Origin: a virus
IMG/VR virus record: IMGVR_UViG_3300033153_003354
Location: 17,383-81,382 of that record
DNA: 64,000 bases
Strand: one strand, 5' to 3'
Shown: positions 10,558 to 20,280 of the stretch, in pieces
How positions within the stretch are numbered: the first letter of the stretch is position 1
Layout: every line of letters starts with the position of its first letter
Notes under the pieces: model-generated
The model's input: only the letters and a program-made list of their open reading frames with translations
Told to the model about the DNA's origin: nothing
Databases searched by the model: none
Translations under genes and position numbers: made by a program

Positions 10558-13134
10558 TTATCTCCCTATATTTCCTAGTCCTCTTTTCTTTTTTCTATTT
10601 ACATCTTCGGCTATTTTATCACCTAGTTTTTCAATATCTGTGTTATTATCCAAGGATTTTACATTTATTTCCACTTTAATAGTATCATGAGAATCTATTG
10701 TTTGTGTTGTTGATGGTGAAGTCAATGGAACATTAACACCATAACCAATTGGTTGTGGCATTATTGTCATTTCCATTCCAGTAGATATAGCACCCAAAGT
10801 ATTAAATAGTTGTGGTAACGCAGAAGTTATTCCTTGTGTAAAAAATTCCATCATGTCTGATCCTTCTTTAACTTTTTGTCTATCATTTGATGGTTTATCA
10901 TAATCCATAACATTACCAATTGATCCACCAATTTTAGATAATACATTTTCCAATCTATGAAATGGTTTCAACATACCATCTATGAAATTATCAAGCAAAT
11001 CTTTTCCCCAATCAAATGCACTATCTACCATATCTGTAAACACATTTCCAACAGTAATCCAAAATCCTGTTATTTTATCTCCTAACCAGAATATTGAATC
11101 TCCAACAGATAACAACACATTTCTTGCAATTTCACCAAACCATTCAAACATATTACCAAGGATTGACATTATATCGTTCCATTCTTTTATAATGATTATA
11201 ATTGACCATAATGGTCCACCAATCAGGAACAAAAGAATTTTTGATAATGCCTGGTTTCCACCAGTTAATTTATTTGTTATATTAACTAGATCATCATACC
11301 AAACCCACATTATTGCAAATATTGCAATCAATGCAACAAGTGCTAAAACTGTTGCTCCTATGGGATTTGCTAGCATTGCAAAATTTAAATTCCATTGTAA
11401 ACCAGTTGTTACCTTTGTTGATATTCCTAATGCAATCATTCCTCCTTCAACTGCTTTTATTAATGATAAAATTCCCATTGCGCCCTTTAATCCAATATAT
11501 GAATACATTAATAATTCAACAGCTCCTTCATGTTCATTAATCCATTTTGTTAATGGTCTAATCGCCCTTGATATATCTATTATGGCAGTTGCAAATGCAA
11601 CAAATAATGGAATTCCAACCTCTTGAATCAATGGAAACAAGTCTTCTTCCATTATTGGCATTAATTCTTCAAGTGCAGGAAATAGTGCTTCACCAATTGA
11701 TATTTGTAATGCTTCTACTGCTGACGTGAATTTTTTCATTCTTAACCCAGCACCATCTTCCATTATTTTAAATGTTTTATCTGCTACACCAGCAGAATTT
11801 TCTAAATCTTCAGTAAAACCAGCAATTGCATCTGATCCGGTTCCATATGCTTCTATTGTTGCACTCATCATAACTTGCATTGCAGCCAAGGATCGAACAT
11901 TAAATATTGTTCTCAATGATTGTGTTTCTTCTGCAACAGACAAATCTTCCATTGCAGTTGTAAAGTTACGAACAATCTCGGATAAAGGAAGGAGTTCTCC
12001 TTTTAAAGAATTAAATTCTGCTTCATTTTCCTTGATTGTTTCTTTTTGTGTATCCATTGATCTTGTATTTTCTTCAATTACTATTCTTGCTTCATCTCGT
12101 TCTATAGATAATTCTGTTTCAGATTCTCTTAATCTATTATTTTGAATTTCTAAACTTCGTATTTTTCTTTCTTCTGACGCTGTTAATTCTCTATTTGATT
12201 CCATTGCATCATTACGAATTTTCATTATTTCTAAACTATTTTTTTTCTGATCGAGTGCAAGTTTAGACATAGCATCATCCAAATCTTTGGTTGCATTTTC
12301 TAAATCTTCTGTTGCCATTTTTGTTTCATCTAATCTTATTCTATTTTGTCTTAATGTTGTTTGAACATCTCTTGCTGCACCATCTAATACAAACAATTCT
12401 ATATTTAATTTATCAATCATTGCTGCTGCACCACCAGACGGAGCTTGTAATGATAATAAAATTTGTCGCAACATAACACCAGAACGAGATCCTTTGATAC
12501 CAGCATTTCCCAATATACCAATGACTGCTGCTACTTCTTCGAGTGATATACCAGCATTTCTAGCAATAGGAGCAATGTAACTCATGGATTGTGCTAATTC
12601 GCCCATTGTTACATTAGATGAAGTAAATGCTAATGCCATAACATCAACAACGTGTGCCATATTTTCTGCATCAAGACCAAATCCTCTTAATACATTAGCA
12701 GAAAAATTAGCAGCTTCGCTCATACTCATCATACCAATTTGTGCAAGTTTTAAAACTTGTGGTGTTGATATTAAAACTTCATTAACTTCAAATCCAGCAA
12801 ACGATAAAATTTTCATGGATTCAGCAGCTTCTGTTGCAGTAAAAGCACCCATTGTTGCCCCCAACTTTTTGGCCAATCCATCTAATTGAGCAAATTCTCC
12901 TGATGTTGCACCAGTAGTTGCTTGAACTGCTTGCATCTGATTACTATAATTTCCCCAAAGCTGAATACTTTCTTTCAAAAAACTAAATGCTGCTAATACA
13001 GCTAATCCCTTTAATTGTGCAGAAACCTTGGAAATTGCTGAACCAAATCCTTTTAATCCACCATCAGCTTTGTTGAAAGCATCTGCTCCCTTGAATACAG
13101 TAGAAATTATCAAAGCAAGTTTAAGATCGGTCAT
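10558..13134 (-). CDS. Tail tape measure protein (TP901-like)
   Basis: FTATEAAESM...LAQSMSYIAPIA...LGNAGIKGS core, long coiled coil, hydrophobic helices, Trp-periodic repeats. Confidence 0.95.
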   Translation of the reverse strand: MTDLKLALIISTVFKGADAFNKADGGLKGFGSAISKVSAQLKGLAVLAAFSFLKESIQLWGNYSNQMQAVQATTGATSGEFAQLDGLAKKLGATMGAFTATEAAESMKILSFAGFEVNEVLISTPQVLKLAQIGMMSMSEAANFSANVLRGFGLDAENMAHVVDVMALAFTSSNVTMGELAQSMSYIAPIARNAGISLEEVAAVIGILGNAGIKGSRSGVMLRQILLSLQAPSGGAAAMIDKLNIELFVLDGAARDVQTTLRQNRIRLDETKMATEDLENATKDLDDAMSKLALDQKKNSLEIMKIRNDAMESNRELTASEERKIRSLEIQNNRLRESETELSIERDEARIVIEENTRSMDTQKETIKENEAEFNSLKGELLPLSEIVRNFTTAMEDLSVAEETQSLRTIFNVRSLAAMQVMMSATIEAYGTGSDAIAGFTEDLENSAGVADKTFKIMEDGAGLRMKKFTSAVEALQISIGEALFPALEELMPIMEEDLFPLIQEVGIPLFVAFATAIIDISRAIRPLTKWINEHEGAVELLMYSYIGLKGAMGILSLIKAVEGGMIALGISTKVTTGLQWNLNFAMLANPIGATVLALVALIAIFAIMWVWYDDLVNITNKLTGGNQALSKILLFLIGGPLWSIIIIIKEWNDIMSILGNMFEWFGEIARNVLLSVGDSIFWLGDKITGFWITVGNVFTDMVDSAFDWGKDLLDNFIDGMLKPFHRLENVLSKIGGSIGNVMDYDKPSNDRQKVKEGSDMMEFFTQGITSALPQLFNTLGAISTGMEMTIMPQPIGYGVNVPLTSPSTTQTIDSHDTIKVEINVKSLDNNTDIEKLGDKIAEDVNRKKKRGLGNIGR

Positions 13135-13337
13135 TATTTACCTCCCTTGTTTTGTTGTTTTTTGATTTCTCTTGCTTTGGTGTGTTCTATTGTGTTGTGT
13201 ATATACAGTAATATATCTACTTTACATAGGGGTTGTTCTTCGGCTACGTCTATTGACCAACCGAATTTCTCGCACAAGAGGTACAAGTCAATTTCTGGAT
13301 GGTGTTTCCCTCGTTTTATTGCTGATACCAGTTTTTT
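13134..13337 (-). CDS. -1 frameshift extension of the tail chaperone (gpGT-like)
   Basis: The -1 frame reads KLVSAIKRGKHHPEIDLYLLCEKFGWSIDVAEEQP...GGK*, has no start codon of its own, and its TAA overlaps the tape measure ATG. Confidence 0.8.
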   Translation of the reverse strand, partial: KKLVSAIKRGKHHPEIDLYLLCEKFGWSIDVAEEQPLCKVDILLYIHNTIEHTKAREIKKQQNKGGK

Positions 13338-13798
13338 CGGTCTGCCAGGGATAACATTCCTTCCTTTATTGCGAAAATTCCAGGTTGCATCAATTTTATA
13401 GCGTCTGTATATTCAAGTTCCTCTTCAAGAACAGTTGCATTGATTGTTTTGAATGGAGATTCTTTTAATGTACACAATAAAATTTCAGTCAATAGATCAG
13501 ATACCTTTTCAATATCATTATTAGAAGATAAAATTTCCTTTTCCGTTTCTGAAAACTTATCTTCATCAACAGTATCTAACTCATCAACATCAACACCATG
13601 AGTATCCGCAATCATTTTTAATTGTTTTGTTGTTTCGGGACTTGGTTGTATAGATTTTAGAATCTTCGCAACCAATTTTCTATGTTTCAACTTTGGTCGT
13701 CCAAAAACAAAATCACCCACGTTTGGTAATGTAACATGAATGTTTCCATTTTCATCGGTTTTCCAATCTTCTTTTATTTCAGTTACTTCATCAGTCAT
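13316..13798 (-). CDS. Tail assembly chaperone (gpG-like)
   Basis: Between tail tube and tape measure; ends in slippery A-AAA-AAC (13337-13331). Confidence 0.8.
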   Translation of the reverse strand: MTDEVTEIKEDWKTDENGNIHVTLPNVGDFVFGRPKLKHRKLVAKILKSIQPSPETTKQLKMIADTHGVDVDELDTVDEDKFSETEKEILSSNNDIEKVSDLLTEILLCTLKESPFKTINATVLEEELEYTDAIKLMQPGIFAIKEGMLSLADRKNWYQQ

Positions 13799-13811
13799 TT
13801 ATTTATCCTCC

Positions 13812-15008
13812 TTACCAACCAGCAGGAACATCAAACATTTTAATGTCTTTTGCTGTATAATCCAAAGATTCATCTATTAAATCTGCTTCTGTAAGTGGTG
13901 GCGGTGTTCCAGAATTCCATTTTGCATATGTTGGACACACTAATTTTAATTGTCCAAGTTCAATGAAAACATGAAAATCTTCATTGTTATACAGTTGTGT
14001 GAATTGTTCTATTCCAGTAAAGTTTAATGTTAAACTTCCAGTAACATCAAATCCTTGAACTCGAATTTCACCAGGAACCGATAATCCATTATCTAAATGG
14101 TATCTTCCAAGAGTGTTGTTGTTTCCTGCAATTGTATATGCAGAAGCATTTATAAATTTATCAATATAATGGTATGTAACTAAAACAGTAGTAGCTCCAC
14201 CAGGTGGTGCAGATAATGTAATTGTATTATCTGTAATATCTGTAACTGTAGCTGGTGTTCCATCTACTGTAACTGTAATATCTGTAACTTGTGCATCCGT
14301 TGGATCTGCTTCACTTAAAGCCCAATTCATTGGATCATTTACAACATCACATGAAGATTCCGATCCAGTAAATTGTGAACTTACATCTTCATTTTGAATC
14401 CGTCTTGTAATTTTGATCGCACCTTCATAGAACATTAATACTCCACAATCGGGTTTGAGTGGCATTGCACCAACAACAACACTCTGATAATCAGCATAAG
14501 TTACTGTATCACTTGGTTCCATATAAACACCAACAACTTCTTCGGAGAATTTCACAGATTCATCCAAAGAACATTCTATTGTCCATGAAACAGTTTTGCA
14601 TCCATTAAACAAAAAATGTCTTTCTTTTGCGTTTGGTGCAACTCTATTCCAAACAAGTTCAATTGAATTTGATGGAAGATAATTTAATCTTTCTGTTGCA
14701 CTACCAATCATATATGCGATTCTATTCATGTTGGTGGGCCAATATGAAATAGACAACATAGATTCATATCTACCATGATTAATACAATTTATTGTTCTTC
14801 CGCCAACTCCACGTTTTGTTGAATTATTTGGATTAAAATTTGGGGTAGCATTTTCTACCAATCCAAACGACCAAAACCGTTTTGTTCCATCACTATCATC
14901 ATACTCCGTTCCCGGAGTCACATCTGGAGTCACTGCACAGTCTGTTTCGGGAACGTATCCTATCATTCCGTCAAAACCAGCAAATGACTCAACACATCCT
15001 TCTGCCAT
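13812..15008 (-). CDS. Major tail tube protein with an inserted Ig-like domain
   Basis: Position; GYVPET, FNGCKTVSWTIEC and VTGSLTLNF beta-rich motifs; internal ITVTVDG...ITLSAPP...VLVTY insertion. Confidence 0.8.
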   Translation of the reverse strand: MAEGCVESFAGFDGMIGYVPETDCAVTPDVTPGTEYDDSDGTKRFWSFGLVENATPNFNPNNSTKRGVGGRTINCINHGRYESMLSISYWPTNMNRIAYMIGSATERLNYLPSNSIELVWNRVAPNAKERHFLFNGCKTVSWTIECSLDESVKFSEEVVGVYMEPSDTVTYADYQSVVVGAMPLKPDCGVLMFYEGAIKITRRIQNEDVSSQFTGSESSCDVVNDPMNWALSEADPTDAQVTDITVTVDGTPATVTDITDNTITLSAPPGGATTVLVTYHYIDKFINASAYTIAGNNNTLGRYHLDNGLSVPGEIRVQGFDVTGSLTLNFTGIEQFTQLYNNEDFHVFIELGQLKLVCPTYAKWNSGTPPPLTEADLIDESLDYTAKDIKMFDVPAGW

Positions 15009-15009
15009 T

Positions 15010-15261
15010 TTATTCTACCTCCTCATCGGATTTTTCCTTTTTGGGTTTTTTCTTTTTTGGTTTTTTAGAAGTTTTCTCTTCTTTTGGTACTGGTTTTTCT
15101 CCTGCACCAGATTCTATCTTTGGTTTTTCTTTTCTAAAACCAAGTTTAAGTTCTATTTGTTCTATTCTCGATTCTAAATTTTTCTTTTGTTCTTTATCAA
15201 CAGTTGTATTTAATGTAAATCTCAATCGTTGCAACTGTTGAATATCGTGTTGTTTCGTCAT
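15010..15261 (-). CDS. Small Lys/Glu-rich protein
   Basis: 83 aa ORF coupled to neighbouring genes. Confidence 0.6.
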   Translation of the reverse strand: MTKQHDIQQLQRLRFTLNTTVDKEQKKNLESRIEQIELKLGFRKEKPKIESGAGEKPVPKEEKTSKKPKKKKPKKEKSDEEVE

Positions 15262-15752
15262 GTTCCTCCCTCCGAATTTCTTTTAACTAGAAGTGTAATT
15301 ATACATTCACTGATTACTATTTCATTTTCCATGAATGGATTAAATTCAACATTTGTTACAGATGTACTAATTACACATACCAAACCTAATCTTCTATTAT
15401 TACGAATTAATCTTTGAACAACTTCAGCAAAACATTCTAGTTCTTCTAATTTATATCTCATTAAATGTTTTGCATAATATGTAATCCTGATTTGAATATT
15501 TGCACGATCTGTGTTTGCTGGTGCTCTTTCTGGTGTATCGTTTTCCGAACCTGTAAATACAGTTGGAAATTGTTCATCTGATACTACCAAAACAGGGTCA
15601 TCAAACCATGTACTAACATGGTCTAATTCACCAGATTCTTTCATTAATGTTATAAGTGCTTGTCGAATGGGTTTGTAATATGTGCTAACCAAAGATGATT
15701 GATAACCATCTTCTGGTGGTGTTGCATCTGGATCTTCAATCAGTTTCGGCAT
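15258..15752 (-). CDS. Tail terminator/completion protein
   Basis: Position before tail tube; FPTVF motif and beta-rich C-terminus. Confidence 0.6.
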   Translation of the reverse strand: MPKLIEDPDATPPEDGYQSSLVSTYYKPIRQALITLMKESGELDHVSTWFDDPVLVVSDEQFPTVFTGSENDTPERAPANTDRANIQIRITYYAKHLMRYKLEELECFAEVVQRLIRNNRRLGLVCVISTSVTNVEFNPFMENEIVISECIITLLVKRNSEGGT

Positions 15753-16287
15753 TTTTCTTGGCCTCCTTTGTTACATCATTTATATACCAATCAACAGTTT
15801 TTTCAATTTGTTTGAGATCTTTATTATTAAGATAAAAGAATTTTCTTGCTGGCACATTGATGTTTTTCTTGAATGGACTCAATGTAACCCCTTGATGTTT
15901 GAACCATCCCCACATTTTTGGGGTAACTGGAATTGTTGCACCATAATTTTGTGCTCTTGCATATTTAACTCTTGTTCCAAAATGAAATCTGGTTTTATAT
16001 TTCCTTCTAAATCTCCACTTTCCATTTGATAAACCTAAAGACCCTTTCAACATACCACTATCAACCAATGGTTTATGTTTTTGTTTTGCAATTAAATTTG
16101 TAATTGGATTAAGTGCCAACCATTTTTCTGGATTTTCAAACCTTCTCATAAATATCTGTTGCAAGGTTATTTGTACTGTTGGCCATGCACCACGAAAATC
16201 TTTTAAATTATCTTCGGTCAGTTTTATCGTCTTTAAGGCCGTTTCTTCGCCTTCCAGGGTTATACTCATGTCAGGCATCTTCAACAT
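15736..16287 (-). CDS. Virion morphogenesis protein (Mu gpG / tail-S-like)
   Basis: PLVDSGMLKGS, GTRVKYARAQNYG and VPARKF motifs. Confidence 0.85.
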   Translation of the reverse strand: MLKMPDMSITLEGEETALKTIKLTEDNLKDFRGAWPTVQITLQQIFMRRFENPEKWLALNPITNLIAKQKHKPLVDSGMLKGSLGLSNGKWRFRRKYKTRFHFGTRVKYARAQNYGATIPVTPKMWGWFKHQGVTLSPFKKNINVPARKFFYLNNKDLKQIEKTVDWYINDVTKEAKKNAETD

Positions 16288-16829
16288 CCATAAATTGCAC
16301 GCAAGAGTGACCAGTAGTCATATATTCCTAATCCATCTATTCCCTCAACTGATTCCAATCCATCCATTCCATGTACAGATTCGACAAAAGCAGCATCTTT
16401 GTATGGTCCAAGATCAAATATTGCCATTGTATGTTGAGTGTTTGTTATAATTGATGGGGTTGAATTCAGTACAACTTGACCAGGAAGGTTTTCTTCACCT
16501 TCTGCTAATCTTTTAAGTTGTGCCATAGATTTATCAAAAAGAATTTTTCCATATGGTGTTTCATTTGGACTCATTCCGGTATAAACTTTAGCAAGGATAA
16601 TTGATGCTGCCAAATCTGAACACAACCATCTTATCTTTGGTGGTATGTTCCCATAAGTGAATGGAACTGCATATGTATCATACAAAAAAGAATCTATTTC
16701 TGCCTGTGCATTTAATATCGCAAGGATAAAATCATCCGGTGATGATTCATCAATTTTAAGATTGGCTTTCCATCTTGCATCTGATGTAGTACAATAATAT
16801 GCTTCTTCAATTAAATCCATTTCAGGCAA
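16281..16829 (-). CDS. Head-tail adaptor (Mu gp36/DUF1320-like)
   Basis: YCT...AQAEIDSFL...YAVPF...LCSDLA...LKRLAEG pattern. Confidence 0.8.
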   Translation of the reverse strand: MPEMDLIEEAYYCTTSDARWKANLKIDESSPDDFILAILNAQAEIDSFLYDTYAVPFTYGNIPPKIRWLCSDLAASIILAKVYTGMSPNETPYGKILFDKSMAQLKRLAEGEENLPGQVVLNSTPSIITNTQHTMAIFDLGPYKDAAFVESVHGMDGLESVEGIDGLGIYDYWSLLRAIYGC

Positions 16830-17421
16830 CTATAACACCTACCGAATCTACTCTTTCAAAATTCCATTTATAGAAATTAATTGTATATGTACCAGCTAAC
16901 AAATAAAGAATGAAATTACCATTTGCATCTGATAATGTTTCATCTGCAATATTATCATCTGTATCCATTGCTCTCACACGAACATTTATTACAACAATTC
17001 CATCATTTTCTGTTTTTCCACCAACACCAGTATAATCTTGATTAACTTGTGTTCTTGAACCTTCTGGTGATATTGTTCCAACACCAACAACAGAAATCAT
17101 AGTATATGCAACGATTGCACCAGTTACATTTTCTGTCCAGTTAATTTCTGCTCTATAAAATCCAGGTTCAACAAATTCATCTGAATCATCTTTGGAATCC
17201 CAATCAACCTCAAATGATGAAACTGAACCAGGATCTGCTAATGTTATTGTTCTAACCAATGCATCTAATGAATCATATATATTAACTGTTATTCCAGATC
17301 GTATATCTGTTGATATTCCAGCAGCACCACCAAAAAATAATACTCTTATTTTGTAAATTGTTGATTCTAGTCCATATGGTATATTCCCTTCTCCTTCTAC
17401 TTTAAATGATGTAAATGACAT
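16822..17421 (-). CDS. Ig-like virion protein (FlgD-Ig-like plus carboxypeptidase-regulatory-like domain)
   Basis: VNIYDSLDALVRTI...WDSKDD...PGFY and SDANGNFILYL-x-AGTYTI motifs. Confidence 0.65.
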   Translation of the reverse strand: MSFTSFKVEGEGNIPYGLESTIYKIRVLFFGGAAGISTDIRSGITVNIYDSLDALVRTITLADPGSVSSFEVDWDSKDDSDEFVEPGFYRAEINWTENVTGAIVAYTMISVVGVGTISPEGSRTQVNQDYTGVGGKTENDGIVVINVRVRAMDTDDNIADETLSDANGNFILYLLAGTYTINFYKWNFERVDSVGVIVA

Positions 17422-17424
17422 ATT

Positions 17425-17868
17425 TTATCCTCCAAATATTCTTGGTAATGCTTCTGTTATAACAAAATATCCTATTGTTCCTGCTCCGCTTGAACCACTA
17501 ACTACGATAAATGTAAATAAATATGGGTGTCTTTTTGCCCAACCCCATTTTCCATCTAAATCTGGATCTCTATAATGTTCCTTTTCATTGTTCATGTGAC
17601 CTTCTATTGAATCAGAAACCCCTTTATTTATTACTGCTTGTTTCCCTTTATCTTTTTCTGTTTTTAATCTCATATTATCAATTTTAGAATCTTGGTTTTC
17701 AGATTTTCTTCGGAGTATATGTATTTCTTGTTTTGATGTTTTACTTACTTCTCCTTGGGCTTTTATGAATGTTTCAAGGGTTCCTTCAATATTGGCAACC
17801 GAAGATGATATATCACTTATATCCCCTTTCATATCGAGTATTTCTTTTATTGGGTCAACCTTATTCAT
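17425..17868 (-). CDS. Coiled-coil protein with a C-terminal transmembrane helix (possible lysis/holin-like role)
   Basis: Heptad N-terminus; hydrophobic YLFTFIVV...IGYFVI end. Confidence 0.5.
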   Translation of the reverse strand: MNKVDPIKEILDMKGDISDISSSVANIEGTLETFIKAQGEVSKTSKQEIHILRRKSENQDSKIDNMRLKTEKDKGKQAVINKGVSDSIEGHMNNEKEHYRDPDLDGKWGWAKRHPYLFTFIVVSGSSGAGTIGYFVITEALPRIFGG

Positions 17869-18082
17869 CTTTGTCCACCACTTTAACTTTTAATTGGATT
17901 TTTTTATTCCCTGCATTAAATAATACATAATCATTGAACATTTCAACGTTGTGTATTTTGTCAACTTTCATATCTAATTCTGTTTTTTCTTCCAGTATAA
18001 TATTCAATGCACCGCCCATAATTTCATCTTTGGTTGGTATCCTATGGACATATACTACAAAGTTAACTTCTTCAACATTCAT
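17861..18082 (-). CDS. Hypothetical protein
   Basis: 73 aa ORF coupled to neighbouring genes. Confidence 0.55.
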   Translation of the reverse strand: MNVEEVNFVVYVHRIPTKDEIMGGALNIILEEKTELDMKVDKIHNVEMFNDYVLFNAGNKKIQLKVKVVDKDE

Positions 18083-19275
18083 TAGCTCACCCCATTTATT
18101 TTGGATATATTTCCAGATAAAATTGAATTTACTGATGATGGATTTGTAACTCCGTTAACTTTGCCAGTCCATCCTGCCCCTGTTGGTGTATCGTTCCACT
18201 CTATCTCTGTGACCGTTGGTGTGTTGTCCCCGTCACCCACCATGTAAACTTTAATTGTGAAATTTGCATTTACGTCATCAAACGAGCCACTTGTAGGTGT
18301 CGTTATTGTTGTTGATGCTCCTGTGATGATGTTGGTATCGTAAGTTGCCTTGACCACGTCTGAAACGAGCCATTCAATCTTGTCGATGTAGTAAGTTGCA
18401 GATAGTCCTGAATGTGTGATAATTGAGTTGAGTAATTTGGAGGATGCCGTGATGGTCTGTTCGAGAGATTTCCATAGACCTGTTGAAGTGTGTTGTTTGT
18501 TTGAATTGTAAAGTGCGGTTATTTCTGCCGGTGAAAGTGCCGTGTCGTACATCTTCATTTCATCAATGATACCATCAAAAAATAAATCCTCAGAACCCGC
18601 ATTATATCTGGCTCCCATCGAGCAATGTTCTGTAACATTAGCAATACTCGTTGGCGAACCGTCGCCCGTAACCGTGCCATGCGTAAATGTCTTAGATACC
18701 CCATTAACATACAGTGATGCCGAGCTTCCGCCACTCCACACTACGGCGACCATCTGCATACTCGTACTCAACTCACCATTCCCACTATCCCAGCGGGCGA
18801 AGTTTGTTCCGTCATATACCATTAATTTCATACCTGTGAACGGCGAACCAACGCTCGTGTCTACAAGCCCTATACTAAAAGCCCAAGAACTCGATTTTAA
18901 TTTTCGAAGTATAGCTGCATCAGCGGTGAATGTATCGGGTTTAATCCAAAACACCCATGTGGCAGCGGTTTTTCCATCCATACTCGTAATATCACCCATA
19001 TCAATGATGTCGTCTATCCCGTCAAAATCAAAAGCACCATCAAATCTTCCTGATGGCGTATAAGTTGCACCACTCACATTACCATCATTGTTTCCAGTTT
19101 CGTCTGTGGCATTATTCTCTAGTCGCCAATACGACATCAAGTTAGCACCTTTCTTTGCATAGGGGAATGATAGTTTCAACTGTCCGGTTGTTACATCATA
19201 CTCATCTGATGGGTCGGCTGTGTCGGTGTACGTGCCACCGCTAAAGTCGGTTATCGTTCCACTACCCAAGTTCAA
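18082..19275 (-). CDS. LamG/concanavalin-A-like domain protein (fibre or receptor binding)
   Basis: SYWRLE, GAFDFDG, FWIKPD, SLYVNG and FFDGIIDEMKMYDTALSPAEI LamG signature. Confidence 0.88.
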   Translation of the reverse strand: MNLGSGTITDFSGGTYTDTADPSDEYDVTTGQLKLSFPYAKKGANLMSYWRLENNATDETGNNDGNVSGATYTPSGRFDGAFDFDGIDDIIDMGDITSMDGKTAATWVFWIKPDTFTADAAILRKLKSSSWAFSIGLVDTSVGSPFTGMKLMVYDGTNFARWDSGNGELSTSMQMVAVVWSGGSSASLYVNGVSKTFTHGTVTGDGSPTSIANVTEHCSMGARYNAGSEDLFFDGIIDEMKMYDTALSPAEITALYNSNKQHTSTGLWKSLEQTITASSKLLNSIITHSGLSATYYIDKIEWLVSDVVKATYDTNIITGASTTITTPTSGSFDDVNANFTIKVYMVGDGDNTPTVTEIEWNDTPTGAGWTGKVNGVTNPSSVNSILSGNISKINGVS

Positions 19276-19480
19276 TTACCTCGCATGGTTTATTTTCTTC
19301 GTGATAGTGAATGTGTATTCTTGCAATATGATCAATGCCTTCAAAAATAGGTTTGTAAATTTCATACCATTCTCGTCCCATCTCTTCATCAACTACCTCT
19401 AAACACAACATCTGTGGTTGTGGTTGTAGTGAATCATCTATACCCAAATTTTCTTTAAATTCCAAATAATATTGCATCAA
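19262..19480 (-). CDS. Hypothetical protein
   Basis: 72 aa ORF with GGAGG RBS, ending in H-x-H-x-H...C. Confidence 0.55.
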   Translation of the reverse strand: MMQYYLEFKENLGIDDSLQPQPQMLCLEVVDEEMGREWYEIYKPIFEGIDHIARIHIHYHEENKPCEVIELG

Positions 19481-19525
19481 ACTTTCCTCCCATCATATTT
19501 TTCATTTATTCAACTCCTTTATTAT

Positions 19526-20251
19526 TTATGCTGACACCTCAACTAAACTTAATCCTGTTCTAAAATCAATTCTGTCAGCATGAGTAGCTATACCAACAAC
19601 CTGAACTTGATCTCCAGTAGCAGATGGTGCTGTTTGTGTCATTGCCCCAGGGGTTCCAGAAGCATATAAAATTCCACCAACTGTCCATGCCCATGTATCA
19701 TCCCTAGCAAAACCAGTTCGCAAAAATGTTCCAGATGCATCTGCATTTATTGTACCAAGTGCTAAATACATCCCTGGCATTGTTGCAACAGCATTTGCAT
19801 CCGATTTCCAGTTTTTACCATCTGATTTCATGTAACACAATTCACCAAAAACCAAATTTTCTCCTGCTGTAAATGTAACAACATCCCCGGACCATGTATG
19901 GTCACTAGATAGGGATTCAGTTAATGTTCTAAAAAATGTTTTAAGTGTAGATATTAATGTTTTCTTTTTGTTGTTTCCATCTGCTTGATCTTCGATTAAA
20001 AGTATATCCGAAGATGTTACTGTTGTTTTTTCAGTAACTCCAGCAATTTCTCCTGCAATATTCGTAAAAAAAGCTGTTACATCACTAACTTTTGTAATTA
20101 GATTGGCAAGAGTATCAGAACCATGCTCGGAACCACCAAGATTGTGTGTTTTTGGTGGCTGTGCATCTGCTAATTCACCAGAAAGTCCGGCCACACTAAT
20201 TTCGTCTTCTCCGCTGTTTTCATGTTCACTTGCGTGATATTCTTCGTGCAT
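19526..20251 (-). CDS. Virion fibre/decoration protein
   Basis: HASEHENSGEDEISV N-terminal motif; AGENLVFG...GGILYAS...PSATG...VGIA decoration-like C-terminal domain. Confidence 0.6.
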   Translation of the reverse strand: MHEEYHASEHENSGEDEISVAGLSGELADAQPPKTHNLGGSEHGSDTLANLITKVSDVTAFFTNIAGEIAGVTEKTTVTSSDILLIEDQADGNNKKKTLISTLKTFFRTLTESLSSDHTWSGDVVTFTAGENLVFGELCYMKSDGKNWKSDANAVATMPGMYLALGTINADASGTFLRTGFARDDTWAWTVGGILYASGTPGAMTQTAPSATGDQVQVVGIATHADRIDFRTGLSLVEVSA

Positions 20252-20280
20252 GATTCTTCAACTCCTTATTCTACTCTATT

